64,000 bases of DNA, taken from the NCBI GenBank assembly GCA_040377305.1, contig JBEIPA010000022.1, positions 17,503 through 81,502 on the forward strand, given 5' to 3'. The position numbers were made by a program, and so were the translations under genes. The first letter of the stretch is position 1, and every line of letters begins with the position of its first letter. The stretch comes from Flavobacteriales bacterium. Its GTDB lineage: Bacteria > Bacteroidota > Bacteroidia > Palsa-965. This document shows, in pieces, positions 29,905-40,066 of the stretch. The notes under the pieces are model-generated. The model ran no database searches, had not been told where the DNA came from, and worked only from the letters and a program-made list of their open reading frames with translations.

Positions 29905-30936
29905 ATGAGAAAGGTTGTTGCAGCAGTAATGATTGCCTGTGCGTGTGCCGGATCGGTTCAAGGGCAGGATGTTCATTTTTCTGAATTCAACGAAACGCCG
30001 TTGCATATCAATCCTGCGTACACCGGGTTGTTCGATGGAATTTTCCGTGTGTCGATGCATTACCGCAACCAGTGGACCTCGATGGGAAGTCCGTACAAAA
30101 CCACTGCTGGCAGTTTCGATTGTGCGATTGGAAATCCGAACAGAGCCCGTCTGGGAATCGGAATGTTTCTTTACAAGGATCAGGCTGGCGATTCAAAGCT
30201 GGGCACGTTCAACGGATCATTATCGTTAAGCGGTCTGGTGAAAGTGGATGATCTCAATACACTTTCTGCAGGATTCATGTTTGGGTATGCACAACGTTCG
30301 GCGGACGTTTCAACATTGCAGTGGGAGAATCAATACATCAATGGTGCGTACGATCCGAATGCAGGTAGCGGAGAAGGAAATCTTCTTACTTCTTTTCCTT
30401 ATGTGGATTTCGCAGGTGGCGTTGCATATCAATACAGAAGTGTAAGCGGAAGTATTGTTGGCAAAGATGTTTTCGAACTCAACGTAGGCTTATCTGCATT
30501 TCACCTGAACAAGCCCGATCAGAAATTTCACGGCGGAGGCAATGAAGAAAAGGCCATGCGAATTGTTGGTCACACGCACGCGCGAATTGACATGCCCGGA
30601 ACGGCGTGGTCTGTTCGTCCTTCTGTTACTTATATCATGCAAGGTCCGGGCAAAGAATTCATGATTGGCGGAGCGTTTCGTTATCGCATCACAAACGGAA
30701 CAAAGACAACCAATTTCTCCAGTGAATCCGGAATCGGAGTGGGCGTTCACTACCGCTGGAAAGATGCCATTGTACCGCAGCTTTATTACGATCTGGGCGA
30801 CTTCTTTATCGGACTTGCCTACGACGTGAACATTTCAAAGTACTCCGCTATATCAAAATACAAAGGCGGTTATGAAATCACAATACGATACGCTAACCTT
30901 AACGGTGCGTTATATAAGAACAAGAAGAAGTATTAG
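29905..30936 (+). CDS. PorP/SprF family T9SS membrane protein
   Basis: QDVHFSEF...INPAYTG...YRNQW, IGLAYD; directly follows a type B CTD gene. Confidence 0.92.
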   Translation: MRKVVAAVMIACACAGSVQGQDVHFSEFNETPLHINPAYTGLFDGIFRVSMHYRNQWTSMGSPYKTTAGSFDCAIGNPNRARLGIGMFLYKDQAGDSKLGTFNGSLSLSGLVKVDDLNTLSAGFMFGYAQRSADVSTLQWENQYINGAYDPNAGSGEGNLLTSFPYVDFAGGVAYQYRSVSGSIVGKDVFELNVGLSAFHLNKPDQKFHGGGNEEKAMRIVGHTHARIDMPGTAWSVRPSVTYIMQGPGKEFMIGGAFRYRITNGTKTTNFSSESGIGVGVHYRWKDAIVPQLYYDLGDFFIGLAYDVNISKYSAISKYKGGYEITIRYANLNGALYKNKKKY

Positions 30937-30986
30937 TAGTTTGCAGCTGAAGCGAACAACGGTATTTCATTGAACACAATTAGGCT

Positions 30987-31109
30987 ATGAATATATTCAA
31001 CAAAGAATGGTGGCGCGATTTCTATAAGAAGTACCTCACTCAGTTTCCTGATTTTCTCCAGTACATCATATTAATCATCGGTGGATTAATTATGCTGTGC
31101 TTTCTTTAG
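30987..31109 (+). CDS. Putative 40-aa single-pass membrane protein (missing from ORF track)
   Basis: MNIFNKEWWRDFYKKYLTQFPDFLQYIILIIGGLIMLCFL* fills the intergenic gap. Confidence 0.55.
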   Translation: MNIFNKEWWRDFYKKYLTQFPDFLQYIILIIGGLIMLCFL

Positions 31110-31112
31110 GAA

Positions 31113-32483
31113 TCAGGAACTTACTTTCACTTTCTTCCTGCCGTTTACTTTAAATACTTCCGGATTGTCGGTTGCTTCAATCGAAGTGTATTTGGCAGGC
31201 AGAATAATTTTACCGCGTTCATCCATCATTCCAAACAATTGCGTGTCGTCATCATAGTAGATGATACGATGCGGATTGAATCCGGGAAATGAGTAATTGT
31301 CGGTATAATAACCGCCTTCTACGATGGCAGGAATGTAAATGGAATCCTGTAAGACAGTTCCTGAATCGGCATCGATGAGCGCAAAACACGCCATGACTTC
31401 TTCTCCGTATTTTTTACTCGGCAATATTTCCCATCCGCTTACAAGCATGAGTGTTTGATTTTTCCGCTCGCCAAGGAACTGGTGGTAATAACAGGAGTTC
31501 CTGTATTTGGAGTTGCAAAATGTCCACCCTAAGGAGTCGTAGATGAAGAAGGAAGAATAGTAGGCCGAATCATCGCTCCATCCCATCGTAATGTGATTGT
31601 CGCTGTAGCCCAATGATTCAAAATGTGCGGGAAGCAATTCGTAGGAGTTTTTTGTTCTTCTCATAATTACGATGTGCGAAAAATCCGACTCGTATCCTTC
31701 ATAGCTGGACCAGGGCGCAGCTGTTACATAATCGTCATTCAGCTTACTCGTAAGAACATAATTGTCTTCCGGTTTAGGATCTTTTCGCATCACCGATTGA
31801 AGGTCGTTTATGATGCGCTGCAGCCAGTGCCGACATTCTTCTCCCGACAGTTCATTCTTCGAAATGCGACGGTAAATGAAAGCATTTAAATCTCCACGTG
31901 TTTCTTTGAACGTCCAGGGTTGATCATCAATCACAGCTTGTTCTTTGGCGAAGTCAAGCGTGTCGATATAATTAAGTCCGCCCCGGAAAATGTTCAGGAA
32001 AGAATTCTGCTCAGGAACGCTCATCTCTGCAAATGCCTTCTGGTATACCGGCATTAGCCAGTTGTACATGGCTTCCTGTACAATTTTGTTGGAGATAATT
32101 TCATCTTTGATTCTGGCGGCTTTGTCTAACCAATCGACTGAATTGATGTATTCGTAATCGGAATTCCCGAGAAGGATGAAGTGCGCATCCAGGCTAAATG
32201 CGTCTTGTTCATTGATGTAGTGGCTCTGCAGATGTTGAAACTGAAAAGTGTTCACTGCGTCGTTTGCAGTCTCCCGAAAATTCACGTCAAATGGAAACGC
32301 ACCGCTAATGACAAGAGGTGTAGGAGGAATGTTGTAATCCATATCCGGAACCCCGTAGCCTCCGTCATTCGGGTGAACACGAATTGATCCGATGCTGTCG
32401 CCTTTAGGCAGAATCAACAAGCGGTTCTGTGCATTCATGCATACGCAAAGACAAACGAAGAAGCAGAGAAGTGAGGTTTTCAT
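31113..32483 (-). CDS. Exported hypothetical protein with C-terminal WG-like repeat
   Basis: Signal peptide; LFGMMDERGKIILPAKYTSI. Confidence 0.75.
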   Translation of the reverse strand: MKTSLLCFFVCLCVCMNAQNRLLILPKGDSIGSIRVHPNDGGYGVPDMDYNIPPTPLVISGAFPFDVNFRETANDAVNTFQFQHLQSHYINEQDAFSLDAHFILLGNSDYEYINSVDWLDKAARIKDEIISNKIVQEAMYNWLMPVYQKAFAEMSVPEQNSFLNIFRGGLNYIDTLDFAKEQAVIDDQPWTFKETRGDLNAFIYRRISKNELSGEECRHWLQRIINDLQSVMRKDPKPEDNYVLTSKLNDDYVTAAPWSSYEGYESDFSHIVIMRRTKNSYELLPAHFESLGYSDNHITMGWSDDSAYYSSFFIYDSLGWTFCNSKYRNSCYYHQFLGERKNQTLMLVSGWEILPSKKYGEEVMACFALIDADSGTVLQDSIYIPAIVEGGYYTDNYSFPGFNPHRIIYYDDDTQLFGMMDERGKIILPAKYTSIEATDNPEVFKVNGRKKVKVSS

Positions 32484-32613
32484 GGGTTTGGTTTTCGGGT
32501 GAACTAATGTAGTTGTTTATGGCAGGATGCATCCGAAAACCCGATTTCACACACGAATTGCGTGAATTCCTAATTATCTTCGATCTGAGTGACTTTATCT
32601 TTGCGAGCATCTT

Positions 32614-33123
32614 ATGCAGGTTTTATCTCCCGTTATGTTGAAGTTGAAAAAGGCTGTTCTTGCTGATGCAAACGCAATATCGTCGCTGGCAGGAATTATC
32701 TGGCGCATTCATTATCCGTCGATTATTGGAAGTGTTCAGGTCGAGTATATGCTCTCAACGATGCACACACCTGAAAAAGTTGCAGAACAAATGGAGCAGG
32801 GAACCTCGTTCGCCTTTATCCAGGACGGAGAAAAAACAATCGGCTACATTGCAACGAGTATTCCTGCGGATGGAGAATTGTTCATTCACAAATTCTATGT
32901 TGATCCGCTATTACACGGAAAGGGAATCGGGAAACTGGTGTTCGATGAAATTCTCGATAACAATCCGCAAGCGAAAACAATTCGGCTTACTGTAAACCGC
33001 ATGAACTACAAATCAATCAACTTCTACTTCAAGGTTGGATTTGTAATCGAAGAAGTGAAAGACTTCGATATCGGCGGTGGTTACTTCATGAATGACTTTG
33101 TGATGAAGTGGACTTCGAAGTAG
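32614..33123 (+). CDS. GNAT family N-acetyltransferase
   Basis: IHKFYVDPLLHGKGIGK, LTVNRMN...FYFKVGF. Confidence 0.9.
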   Translation: MQVLSPVMLKLKKAVLADANAISSLAGIIWRIHYPSIIGSVQVEYMLSTMHTPEKVAEQMEQGTSFAFIQDGEKTIGYIATSIPADGELFIHKFYVDPLLHGKGIGKLVFDEILDNNPQAKTIRLTVNRMNYKSINFYFKVGFVIEEVKDFDIGGGYFMNDFVMKWTSK

Positions 33124-33133
33124 TAGCAAGTTG

Positions 33134-33324
33134 GAACGCGGATTTTGATTTTCGTTGTTTTCTTTTTCTTCGCCCGGATGATTCTGGTGATTTAAAGTTT
33201 GCGAATCAGATTTCATGAGATAGGTTTGTTAAGTTTCTCTCATGAAATCCCAAACCAATTGTGTTGCAAACAAAGCTGATCCGACGGAAAGACTAACACG
33301 TTTCGGACATAAAAATCCGCGTTC
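33134..33324. repeat. Intergenic element bounded by 13-bp inverted repeats
   Basis: GAACGCGGATTTT (33134-33146) / AAAATCCGCGTTC (33312-33324); internal TTTCATGAGA/TCTCATGAAA hairpin. Confidence 0.6.
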
Positions 33325-35792
33325 TACTTCCTTCTCGACATCGCCCCAGTGATGTATTGATAATCGAGGAAGTACAACACACGAACTGAAATCTGGTTGA
33401 GCTGAGGCGCGTTCATGGTTGTCTGGAAGTTGTACTTGTAGCTGTTGTTGATAACGTTCTCTTCACTCATCGTGTTGAGTTTGTAAGCAACCGATACAAT
33501 ACTTCCAGGTGCAAATATCCAGGAGTAAACGACATCGGCATTGATCGAGTTGAAACTGAAATCGTGATTACCCGGATACGTCACGTAGTCGTGCAACGTT
33601 CCATCTTCCTGCAAGACATAGTAGTTGGTGTAGTCTCCGGTTGCCCAGTAGTGACGAGCATTAAGCGTAAGTGTCATGTCTTTCATGAACACGTAGCTTG
33701 CCGTAAACCAACCTTCGATGTTGCGGATGTTGCGTCTGCCGAAAACAATTGTACCATCATCTTCAATGTTCACCCAGCCACGATCGCCCCAGTCGGTATG
33801 CACACCCGGAATTACCTGCATCGTCAAACGATCATTAGCCCTCCAGGTCAAACGGAATGAACCACCGATCCATGGATTTACAGGAATAGTTGGCGAAATG
33901 AATGCCGTTTTTCCAGCGTAAAGTTCAATTCCCCAATTGAATTTCTTGGTGTAATTACTTCCGTACCCCATGAACACATTTTGAATTCGAGTTCGTAAGA
34001 ATGAACGTCCGGCAACCCGAGGTTCGAAGTAATCATAGAAATCTACTGGATTAAATTCGAAGCCAACAAAATAGTTCGAGAAGTTTCGGAACTGGAAATA
34101 GTTGAACCAGTTGATTCCAACGTAAGTTGGCTTTCCCGTTGTGAGGTTGTAATTGTAATTAACGCTTACATCGCTTGACGCGTAATTGAAAATCCCTTTC
34201 GGATTAAAGAGCTGGTACATTCCCCAGACGCGATTGGCAGCGAAGTTATTGTCGAACGTTACGCCGAGATCATCAGCATCCCAGAGTCTACTTAAAACGT
34301 TTCGTGAAATTCCACCTTGCCAGGTTCCGCTGGTTTTGTCAATACCGATATTGTATTTGTAACCAATATCTGAAGTGAATTCACTGATCTCTGTCGAAAT
34401 AGGATACAATACGTTGCTCACCGCACCTTCAATTCGCATACGATACGTGTTCGCCTTGTTATTCAGAAAAGCACCAACGCCAGTAACGTTCGAACTGCGG
34501 TAACCGGCCGTGCGGATTACATTCGTATTGATGAAGTAAACCGAAGAGCTGTTTTGAATCTGTTTATCAATTACGAAGATGTTATAATTCGATCGGGGCT
34601 CGGTGAGAACATTTCGCTGGGCACCGGTAGTGGTGTCTTCTGCAATCGCGTAGGTGTTTTCAACGAAGGCATTCAGAATTCCGAGTCCTAATCCTTGATT
34701 AGTTCGACCTGAAACTTTCGTCGCATTCAGCAATCGTGCACGACTTGGGTTTTTCATGAGGACCTCGTTCGAATCACATAAGTCGCTGGCACTGTAGAAC
34801 TGCGATGGAGTTTTTCCTATCCTGCGCGAATAGAAAAGATCGCCGCGCTGAAACAAGTCTACACCTTCCGTGAAGAAAGGGCGAAACTCCTGAAACGTTT
34901 GCTCGAACGCACCAAGATTCTTCACCACGTTATCACTTTGTACCTGTGAAAAGTCGGGAAGAAGCGTCATGTCGACCGTGAAGCTTTCATTGATTCCCCA
35001 TTTCAGATCCATTCCACCTGCGAGGCTCAATTCGGGTTCTGAAGCACCAAAGCGATCGTCATCCTGAAGAATGGTGGTGAAGTAGGGCGTGAGTGAAAGT
35101 CTAACCGGTGGATCAATATCGTTCAGACCTTTGAGTAGTCCCCAGTACTTCTGACTGTTCGAAACGTTTTTCGGAGTGAGCGCCCACTGATCGAATTCGT
35201 TCCAGCGTGTAATCTGTCGCGTAATCTGCAATCCCCAATCGTGGTTGCCGGTGGGAAAGCGCAATGCGGACCAGGGAATAAGAATTTCGCAGATCCATCC
35301 GTTCGCAACAATTTGAGTGGAGCTTTTCCACACCGCGTTGTAGTTGAAATCGGAAAAACGACTGTCGAACTGTACTCCAGATGCTGAAACACTGAAATCG
35401 AATGCGTCCTGTTGTGTGTTGTACGTGTCAAACACAATACGGAACTGGTCGGCAACCAGATTGTAGTCGTCACGAATTCCAAGTTGCTTCACGATACTGT
35501 CGGGTGCATTGTCAAACATCATTGCGCCAACATAGATGCCCACGTTATCGTAAATGATTTTGACTTCGGTTTGATTGCGAACGTTTCCGTCTTCTACTGG
35601 ATTGTTCTGACGGAAACCATCGGCAACTTCAATTCCCTGCCAGGCAGCGTCGTCTAGTGAACCGTCAATCTTAATAGCAGATGTAGTACGAGTCGTGAGA
35701 TATTCCCGACGCACGATTACAGAATCCTCTCCCTCTTTACCGAACAGGGAAATGCAAAGGGCGATTGCAAGTCCGGTTAGTGTAGCCTTCAT
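33324..35792 (-). CDS. CBM9-like plus DUF5916 outer-membrane protein
   Basis: IKIDGSLDDAAW, IPWSALRF, PDFSQVQSD, EFRPFFTEG, LFYSRRIG. Confidence 0.88.
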   Translation of the reverse strand: MKATLTGLAIALCISLFGKEGEDSVIVRREYLTTRTTSAIKIDGSLDDAAWQGIEVADGFRQNNPVEDGNVRNQTEVKIIYDNVGIYVGAMMFDNAPDSIVKQLGIRDDYNLVADQFRIVFDTYNTQQDAFDFSVSASGVQFDSRFSDFNYNAVWKSSTQIVANGWICEILIPWSALRFPTGNHDWGLQITRQITRWNEFDQWALTPKNVSNSQKYWGLLKGLNDIDPPVRLSLTPYFTTILQDDDRFGASEPELSLAGGMDLKWGINESFTVDMTLLPDFSQVQSDNVVKNLGAFEQTFQEFRPFFTEGVDLFQRGDLFYSRRIGKTPSQFYSASDLCDSNEVLMKNPSRARLLNATKVSGRTNQGLGLGILNAFVENTYAIAEDTTTGAQRNVLTEPRSNYNIFVIDKQIQNSSSVYFINTNVIRTAGYRSSNVTGVGAFLNNKANTYRMRIEGAVSNVLYPISTEISEFTSDIGYKYNIGIDKTSGTWQGGISRNVLSRLWDADDLGVTFDNNFAANRVWGMYQLFNPKGIFNYASSDVSVNYNYNLTTGKPTYVGINWFNYFQFRNFSNYFVGFEFNPVDFYDYFEPRVAGRSFLRTRIQNVFMGYGSNYTKKFNWGIELYAGKTAFISPTIPVNPWIGGSFRLTWRANDRLTMQVIPGVHTDWGDRGWVNIEDDGTIVFGRRNIRNIEGWFTASYVFMKDMTLTLNARHYWATGDYTNYYVLQEDGTLHDYVTYPGNHDFSFNSINADVVYSWIFAPGSIVSVAYKLNTMSEENVINNSYKYNFQTTMNAPQLNQISVRVLYFLDYQYITGAMSRRK

Positions 35793-36086
35793 AGCGTTTG
35801 TCGGGTCAACAATGCAAATGTATTCCAGTTAAATTCACGCACAAGTGAACAATGACTAGCGGGTGATAAAGAATGTGAAAGGGTTCAAAGTTCTATGTGC
35901 TCGGTTCTAAGTTCCGTCATTATAGAACAGATGCAGGTAACAGAACGTTGAAATGCTTGATTTAATCTTTGAACGGACGGATAATACGTTCGAGTCTATT
36001 GTTTATCGGGCTTTATGCCGGAATGCCGGAACAGGTAATAGAACAAGATGACGACATTGAACACTTAGGAAACTGTACTTCGCAGA

Positions 36087-39000
36087 TCAAATTCTAACCC
36101 CAACAATCGTCACATCATCCACCTGTTCCAAATCGCCTCTCCAGTTTTCGAATGTTTCCAGAATGATTTTCTTCTGATCATCCATTGACTCATGCGAAAT
36201 TGAAACGAGCAATTCCTTCAACGGCTTATACTTGAATTTTTTGCCTTTAGGACCACCGAATTGATCGGGCATACCGTCGGTCAGTGCGTAAACGCAGTCG
36301 CCTTTCTGCAGTTGGAATTCCTGCTCAGTGAAAGGAACGTTGTCTTTGTCATGTTTTCCAACCGGCATCTTATCTGCCAGCAATTCGATCATTTCCTTGT
36401 TGCGAACGATCCATACCGGATTATTTGCTCCGGCGAAAGTGAGTCGCTTATTTGCAAAGTCAAAACTGATGAGGCTGCAATCCATTCCGTCTTTCCCGCC
36501 GTCGGTGCTTCCATCTTTCGAAAGGGTATTTATTATCCGGCTTCTCGTAAAGTTCAGAATATGGGCTGGTGAAGTCTGATGCTCAAAATCTACCGCTTTC
36601 TCGAGGCAGGAAATATTCAACATGCTCATGATTGCTCCCGGAACGCCGTGACCTGTGCTATCCGCGGTTACTAAAGCAAATTGATTGTTGGATAGGAGAG
36701 AAGCCCAGTAGAAATCACCACTCACAATATCTTTTGGACGGAAGAATACGAAATGTTCAGGCAAATGAGTCCGCAATACATTATCGCTTGCCAGTAACGC
36801 ACGCTGAATTCGTTGCGCGTAATTGATGCTATCGATAATGTCCTTCTGTTTTTCTTCTACAAGATGTTTTTGTTCTACAACTTCCGCGGTTCTTTCTTCT
36901 ACGGTTTGTTCCAGTTCCTTTTGACGAACACGAAGTTGTCTCGTTCTGAATCTGAAGAATCCAACCACCGAAGCGATGATGAATAACACAGTGCCACTTC
37001 TGAACCAGGTTGTTTCCCACCACGGCGGGCGAACTTCGAATGCATATTCAAAAGGTTCACTCCACACACCACTTTGATTCATCGCTTTTACTTTGAACAC
37101 GTATTCACCGGGAGGAACGTTTCCGTAAGGTGCTTCTGTGCGTTCAGTAATTGAACTCCAGAATTCGTCAAGGTTTTCGAGCTTGTATTGGTACTTGATG
37201 TGGTTACGGCTTTGCATGTGTACGCCGATGTAGTTGAACGTAATGTTGCTATTGTCGTACGGTAAGCTTAAATGTTGCGGCAAATTATACCAAGGAGAGA
37301 TACTGTCAAATTCAATTCCACTCAGGAGAATGCCGTTCGAAAGAATGGAGTCTTTGGAAACACCACTAATAGTTTCGTTCCCTGTTGAGTCCATCGTAAG
37401 TGCCCCAAGACTAGTCCATGCAATGTTTTCTCCATAGAGTTTTAGACTTGAAACATTTACCGAAGGCGCAATTAAATCTGCTTGATCACCTTGTGGATCG
37501 TAGCAAGTAAGAAAATCTGTTCCCCACCAAATTCGTCCCTTGCTATCTTGTAAAACAGAATTGCGACGACAGTTTAAACCTAAAAAACCATCATTATAAC
37601 CGTAATTATAAAAGAGTGCCTCTTTTATGGGATTGTAATTCTCATTTTTTTCAGCTAACCTTATTAGCTGTACCCGACCAACTTTACTTAATCCTTTTCG
37701 TGTACCGAACCAAATATTTCCATCTACATCCTGCACCATGTTTAGTACCGCATTATTTGACAGGCCTTCTTTCTCTGTAAAATTGGTAAAGGATTTCCCA
37801 TCGTAACGGCACACGCCCCCGCCATTAGTGCCGAACCAAATCCCGACTTCTCCAGTCGGGACGGTTTTATCTTCTAAACCACAATAAACAAAATTATTTG
37901 ACAGGCCTTCTTCCTCCGTAAAATTGGTAAATGATTTCCCATCGTAGCGAGAGACTCCGCCCTGAGTGCCGAACCAAAAGTTTCCGGTTTTATCTTCCAA
38001 AATACTCCAAACAGTATTATTTGACAAACCTTCTTTCTCTGTAAACTTCGTGAAGGATTTCCCATCGTAACGACACACGCCTCCGCCGTAAGTGCCGAAC
38101 CAGAGGTTTCCCGTTTTATCTTCTAAAATACTCGAAACAAAATTATCTGTCAGACCTTCTTTATCTGTAAAGTTCGTGAACGATTTCCCATCGTAACGAC
38201 ACACGCCTCCGCCATTAGTGCCGAACCAAAGGTTTCCCGTTTTATCTTGTAAAATACTCAAAACAAAATTATTTGTCAGACCTTCTTTATCTGTAAAGTT
38301 CGTGAAGGACTTCCCATCGTAACGGCACACGCCCCCGCCATAAGTGCCGAACCAAAGGTTTCCGGTTTTATCTTCTAGCATACTCACAACAAGATTATTG
38401 CCCAGCCCTTCATTCTCGGTAATATTGGTAAAGGATTTCCCATCGTAGCGAGAGACGCCGCTTCCAGCTGTGCCGAACCAAAGGTTTCCGGTTTTATCTT
38501 CTAAAATACTCTGAACAAGATTATTGCCCAGCCCTTCATTATCGGTAAAATTGGTAAAGGATTTAACAAGTTTTCCATCTTCTCTTTTAAGGTCCTGTTG
38601 ATCGCTTAAAGGAATTTTTTCGCCGCGTTCAATCGCTTCCACGCGATTCCCATCGTAACGGCATATGCCCCCGCCATATGTGCCAAACCAAAGGTTTCCG
38701 ATTTTATCTTCTACAATTGCACTCACAAAATTATTTGACAGACCCTCTTTCTGTGTAAAGTTCGCGAAGGATTCCCCATCGTAACGGCACACGCCCCCGC
38801 CATAAGTGCTGAACCAAAGGTTTCCCGTTTTATCTTCTAAAATTGAGGCAACAACATTATTTGACAGGCCTTCTTTCTCGGTAAAATTGGTAAATGATTT
38901 CCCGTCGTAGCGACAGGCCCCGCTATCAGTGCCGAACCAAAGGTTTCCCGTTTTATCTTCTAAAATACTCCACACAACATTATTTGACAGGCCTTGTTTC

Positions 39001-39791
39001 TCTGTAAAATTGGTAAAGGTTTTCCCATTGTAACGACACACGCCCCCGCCATCAGTGCCGAACCAAAGGTTTCCCGTTTTATCTTCTAAAATTGCATTAA
39101 CAACATTATTTGACAGGCCTTCTTTCTCTGTAAAGTTGGTAAAGGTTTTCCCATCGTAGCGACAGACCCCACCTTTAGTGCCGAACCAAAGGTTCCCCGT
39201 TTTATCTTCTAAAATACTCCAAACAAAATTATTTGACAGACCTTCTTTCTCTGTAAAATTCGTAAAGGATTTCCCGTCGTAACGAGACACGCCCCAGCCA
39301 TAAGTGCCGAACCAGAGGTTTCCGGTTTTATCCTGTAACATTCCACGCACGTTATTATTCTTTAAACCTTGCAGCGTTTTATAAAAACAAAAATTAGCGG
39401 GGTTAACATCTTTCGACGCGGCATCTTTGGCAATAACTACTTCAGGAATTCCTGCCGGCACAACTTTACCTTTTGCAGGAACGGTCTTAGGTGTGGAGAA
39501 AGTATCTGTTCCGGGCGTGCATACTCTTGGTGTTCCAACCGGAATAACTGTTGGCTCTCCGGCAATGTGAACATTCAGATTTGTCGGAATCACTGTCGGC
39601 TCTCCAGCGGGAATAACAGTAGGCTCTCCAGCGGGGATTGTAATCGGTTTTGCAAAACTATCCGGATTCATCCAAACACCTTGCGAGTAGGTAATTTTTA
39701 ACCCGTGTGTTGATGTTTGTTCTTCCTGATCTGAGTTACAAGATGTAAGCAGGGAAATGATGGCGCAAAGAATGAATGCAGAACGGATCAT
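36087..39791 (-). CDS. Sensor phosphatase: 14 two-component-regulator propeller repeats, YYY domain, TM helix, SpoIIE/PP2C domain
   Basis: EDKTGNLWFGT repeats; YQYKLENLD; PPWWETTWF before a TM helix; PKDIVSGDFYW, ADSTGHGVPGA, DGMD, TDG, QVDDVT. Confidence 0.92.
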   Translation of the reverse strand: MIRSAFILCAIISLLTSCNSDQEEQTSTHGLKITYSQGVWMNPDSFAKPITIPAGEPTVIPAGEPTVIPTNLNVHIAGEPTVIPVGTPRVCTPGTDTFSTPKTVPAKGKVVPAGIPEVVIAKDAASKDVNPANFCFYKTLQGLKNNNVRGMLQDKTGNLWFGTYGWGVSRYDGKSFTNFTEKEGLSNNFVWSILEDKTGNLWFGTKGGVCRYDGKTFTNFTEKEGLSNNVVNAILEDKTGNLWFGTDGGGVCRYNGKTFTNFTEKQGLSNNVVWSILEDKTGNLWFGTDSGACRYDGKSFTNFTEKEGLSNNVVASILEDKTGNLWFSTYGGGVCRYDGESFANFTQKEGLSNNFVSAIVEDKIGNLWFGTYGGGICRYDGNRVEAIERGEKIPLSDQQDLKREDGKLVKSFTNFTDNEGLGNNLVQSILEDKTGNLWFGTAGSGVSRYDGKSFTNITENEGLGNNLVVSMLEDKTGNLWFGTYGGGVCRYDGKSFTNFTDKEGLTNNFVLSILQDKTGNLWFGTNGGGVCRYDGKSFTNFTDKEGLTDNFVSSILEDKTGNLWFGTYGGGVCRYDGKSFTKFTEKEGLSNNTVWSILEDKTGNFWFGTQGGVSRYDGKSFTNFTEEEGLSNNFVYCGLEDKTVPTGEVGIWFGTNGGGVCRYDGKSFTNFTEKEGLSNNAVLNMVQDVDGNIWFGTRKGLSKVGRVQLIRLAEKNENYNPIKEALFYNYGYNDGFLGLNCRRNSVLQDSKGRIWWGTDFLTCYDPQGDQADLIAPSVNVSSLKLYGENIAWTSLGALTMDSTGNETISGVSKDSILSNGILLSGIEFDSISPWYNLPQHLSLPYDNSNITFNYIGVHMQSRNHIKYQYKLENLDEFWSSITERTEAPYGNVPPGEYVFKVKAMNQSGVWSEPFEYAFEVRPPWWETTWFRSGTVLFIIASVVGFFRFRTRQLRVRQKELEQTVEERTAEVVEQKHLVEEKQKDIIDSINYAQRIQRALLASDNVLRTHLPEHFVFFRPKDIVSGDFYWASLLSNNQFALVTADSTGHGVPGAIMSMLNISCLEKAVDFEHQTSPAHILNFTRSRIINTLSKDGSTDGGKDGMDCSLISFDFANKRLTFAGANNPVWIVRNKEMIELLADKMPVGKHDKDNVPFTEQEFQLQKGDCVYALTDGMPDQFGGPKGKKFKYKPLKELLVSISHESMDDQKKIILETFENWRGDLEQVDDVTIVGVRI
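37700..39360. repeat. Intragenic near-identical ~130-bp tandem repeats
   Basis: Recurrent GTGCCGAACCAAAGGTTTCCcGTTTTATCTTCTAAAAT...ATTATTTGACAGGCCTTCTTTCTCTGTAAA units. Confidence 0.9.
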
Positions 39792-40066
39792 TATGAAATT
39801 CCGGGGTTATTTATTCGCGGTTGGATTTTGATTCACGTGAAATAAAATCGTGGAGAGTAAATATATCTTTCTTTTAGATCGAATTGCAACGATGGGAAAA
39901 AAGTGCCGTAGTACAGAACGGGGGACTTCCCGATAGAGGCAGTGCTCGAAGTGACAGTTCACCACTTTTCAACATTTCACCACCATTAATCCCACACCTC
40001 GGAATGATTGCTATTTTTGCCTGTCCGAACGCAATTGTAGGCGGACTATCCTTAAACCAAAACCAA

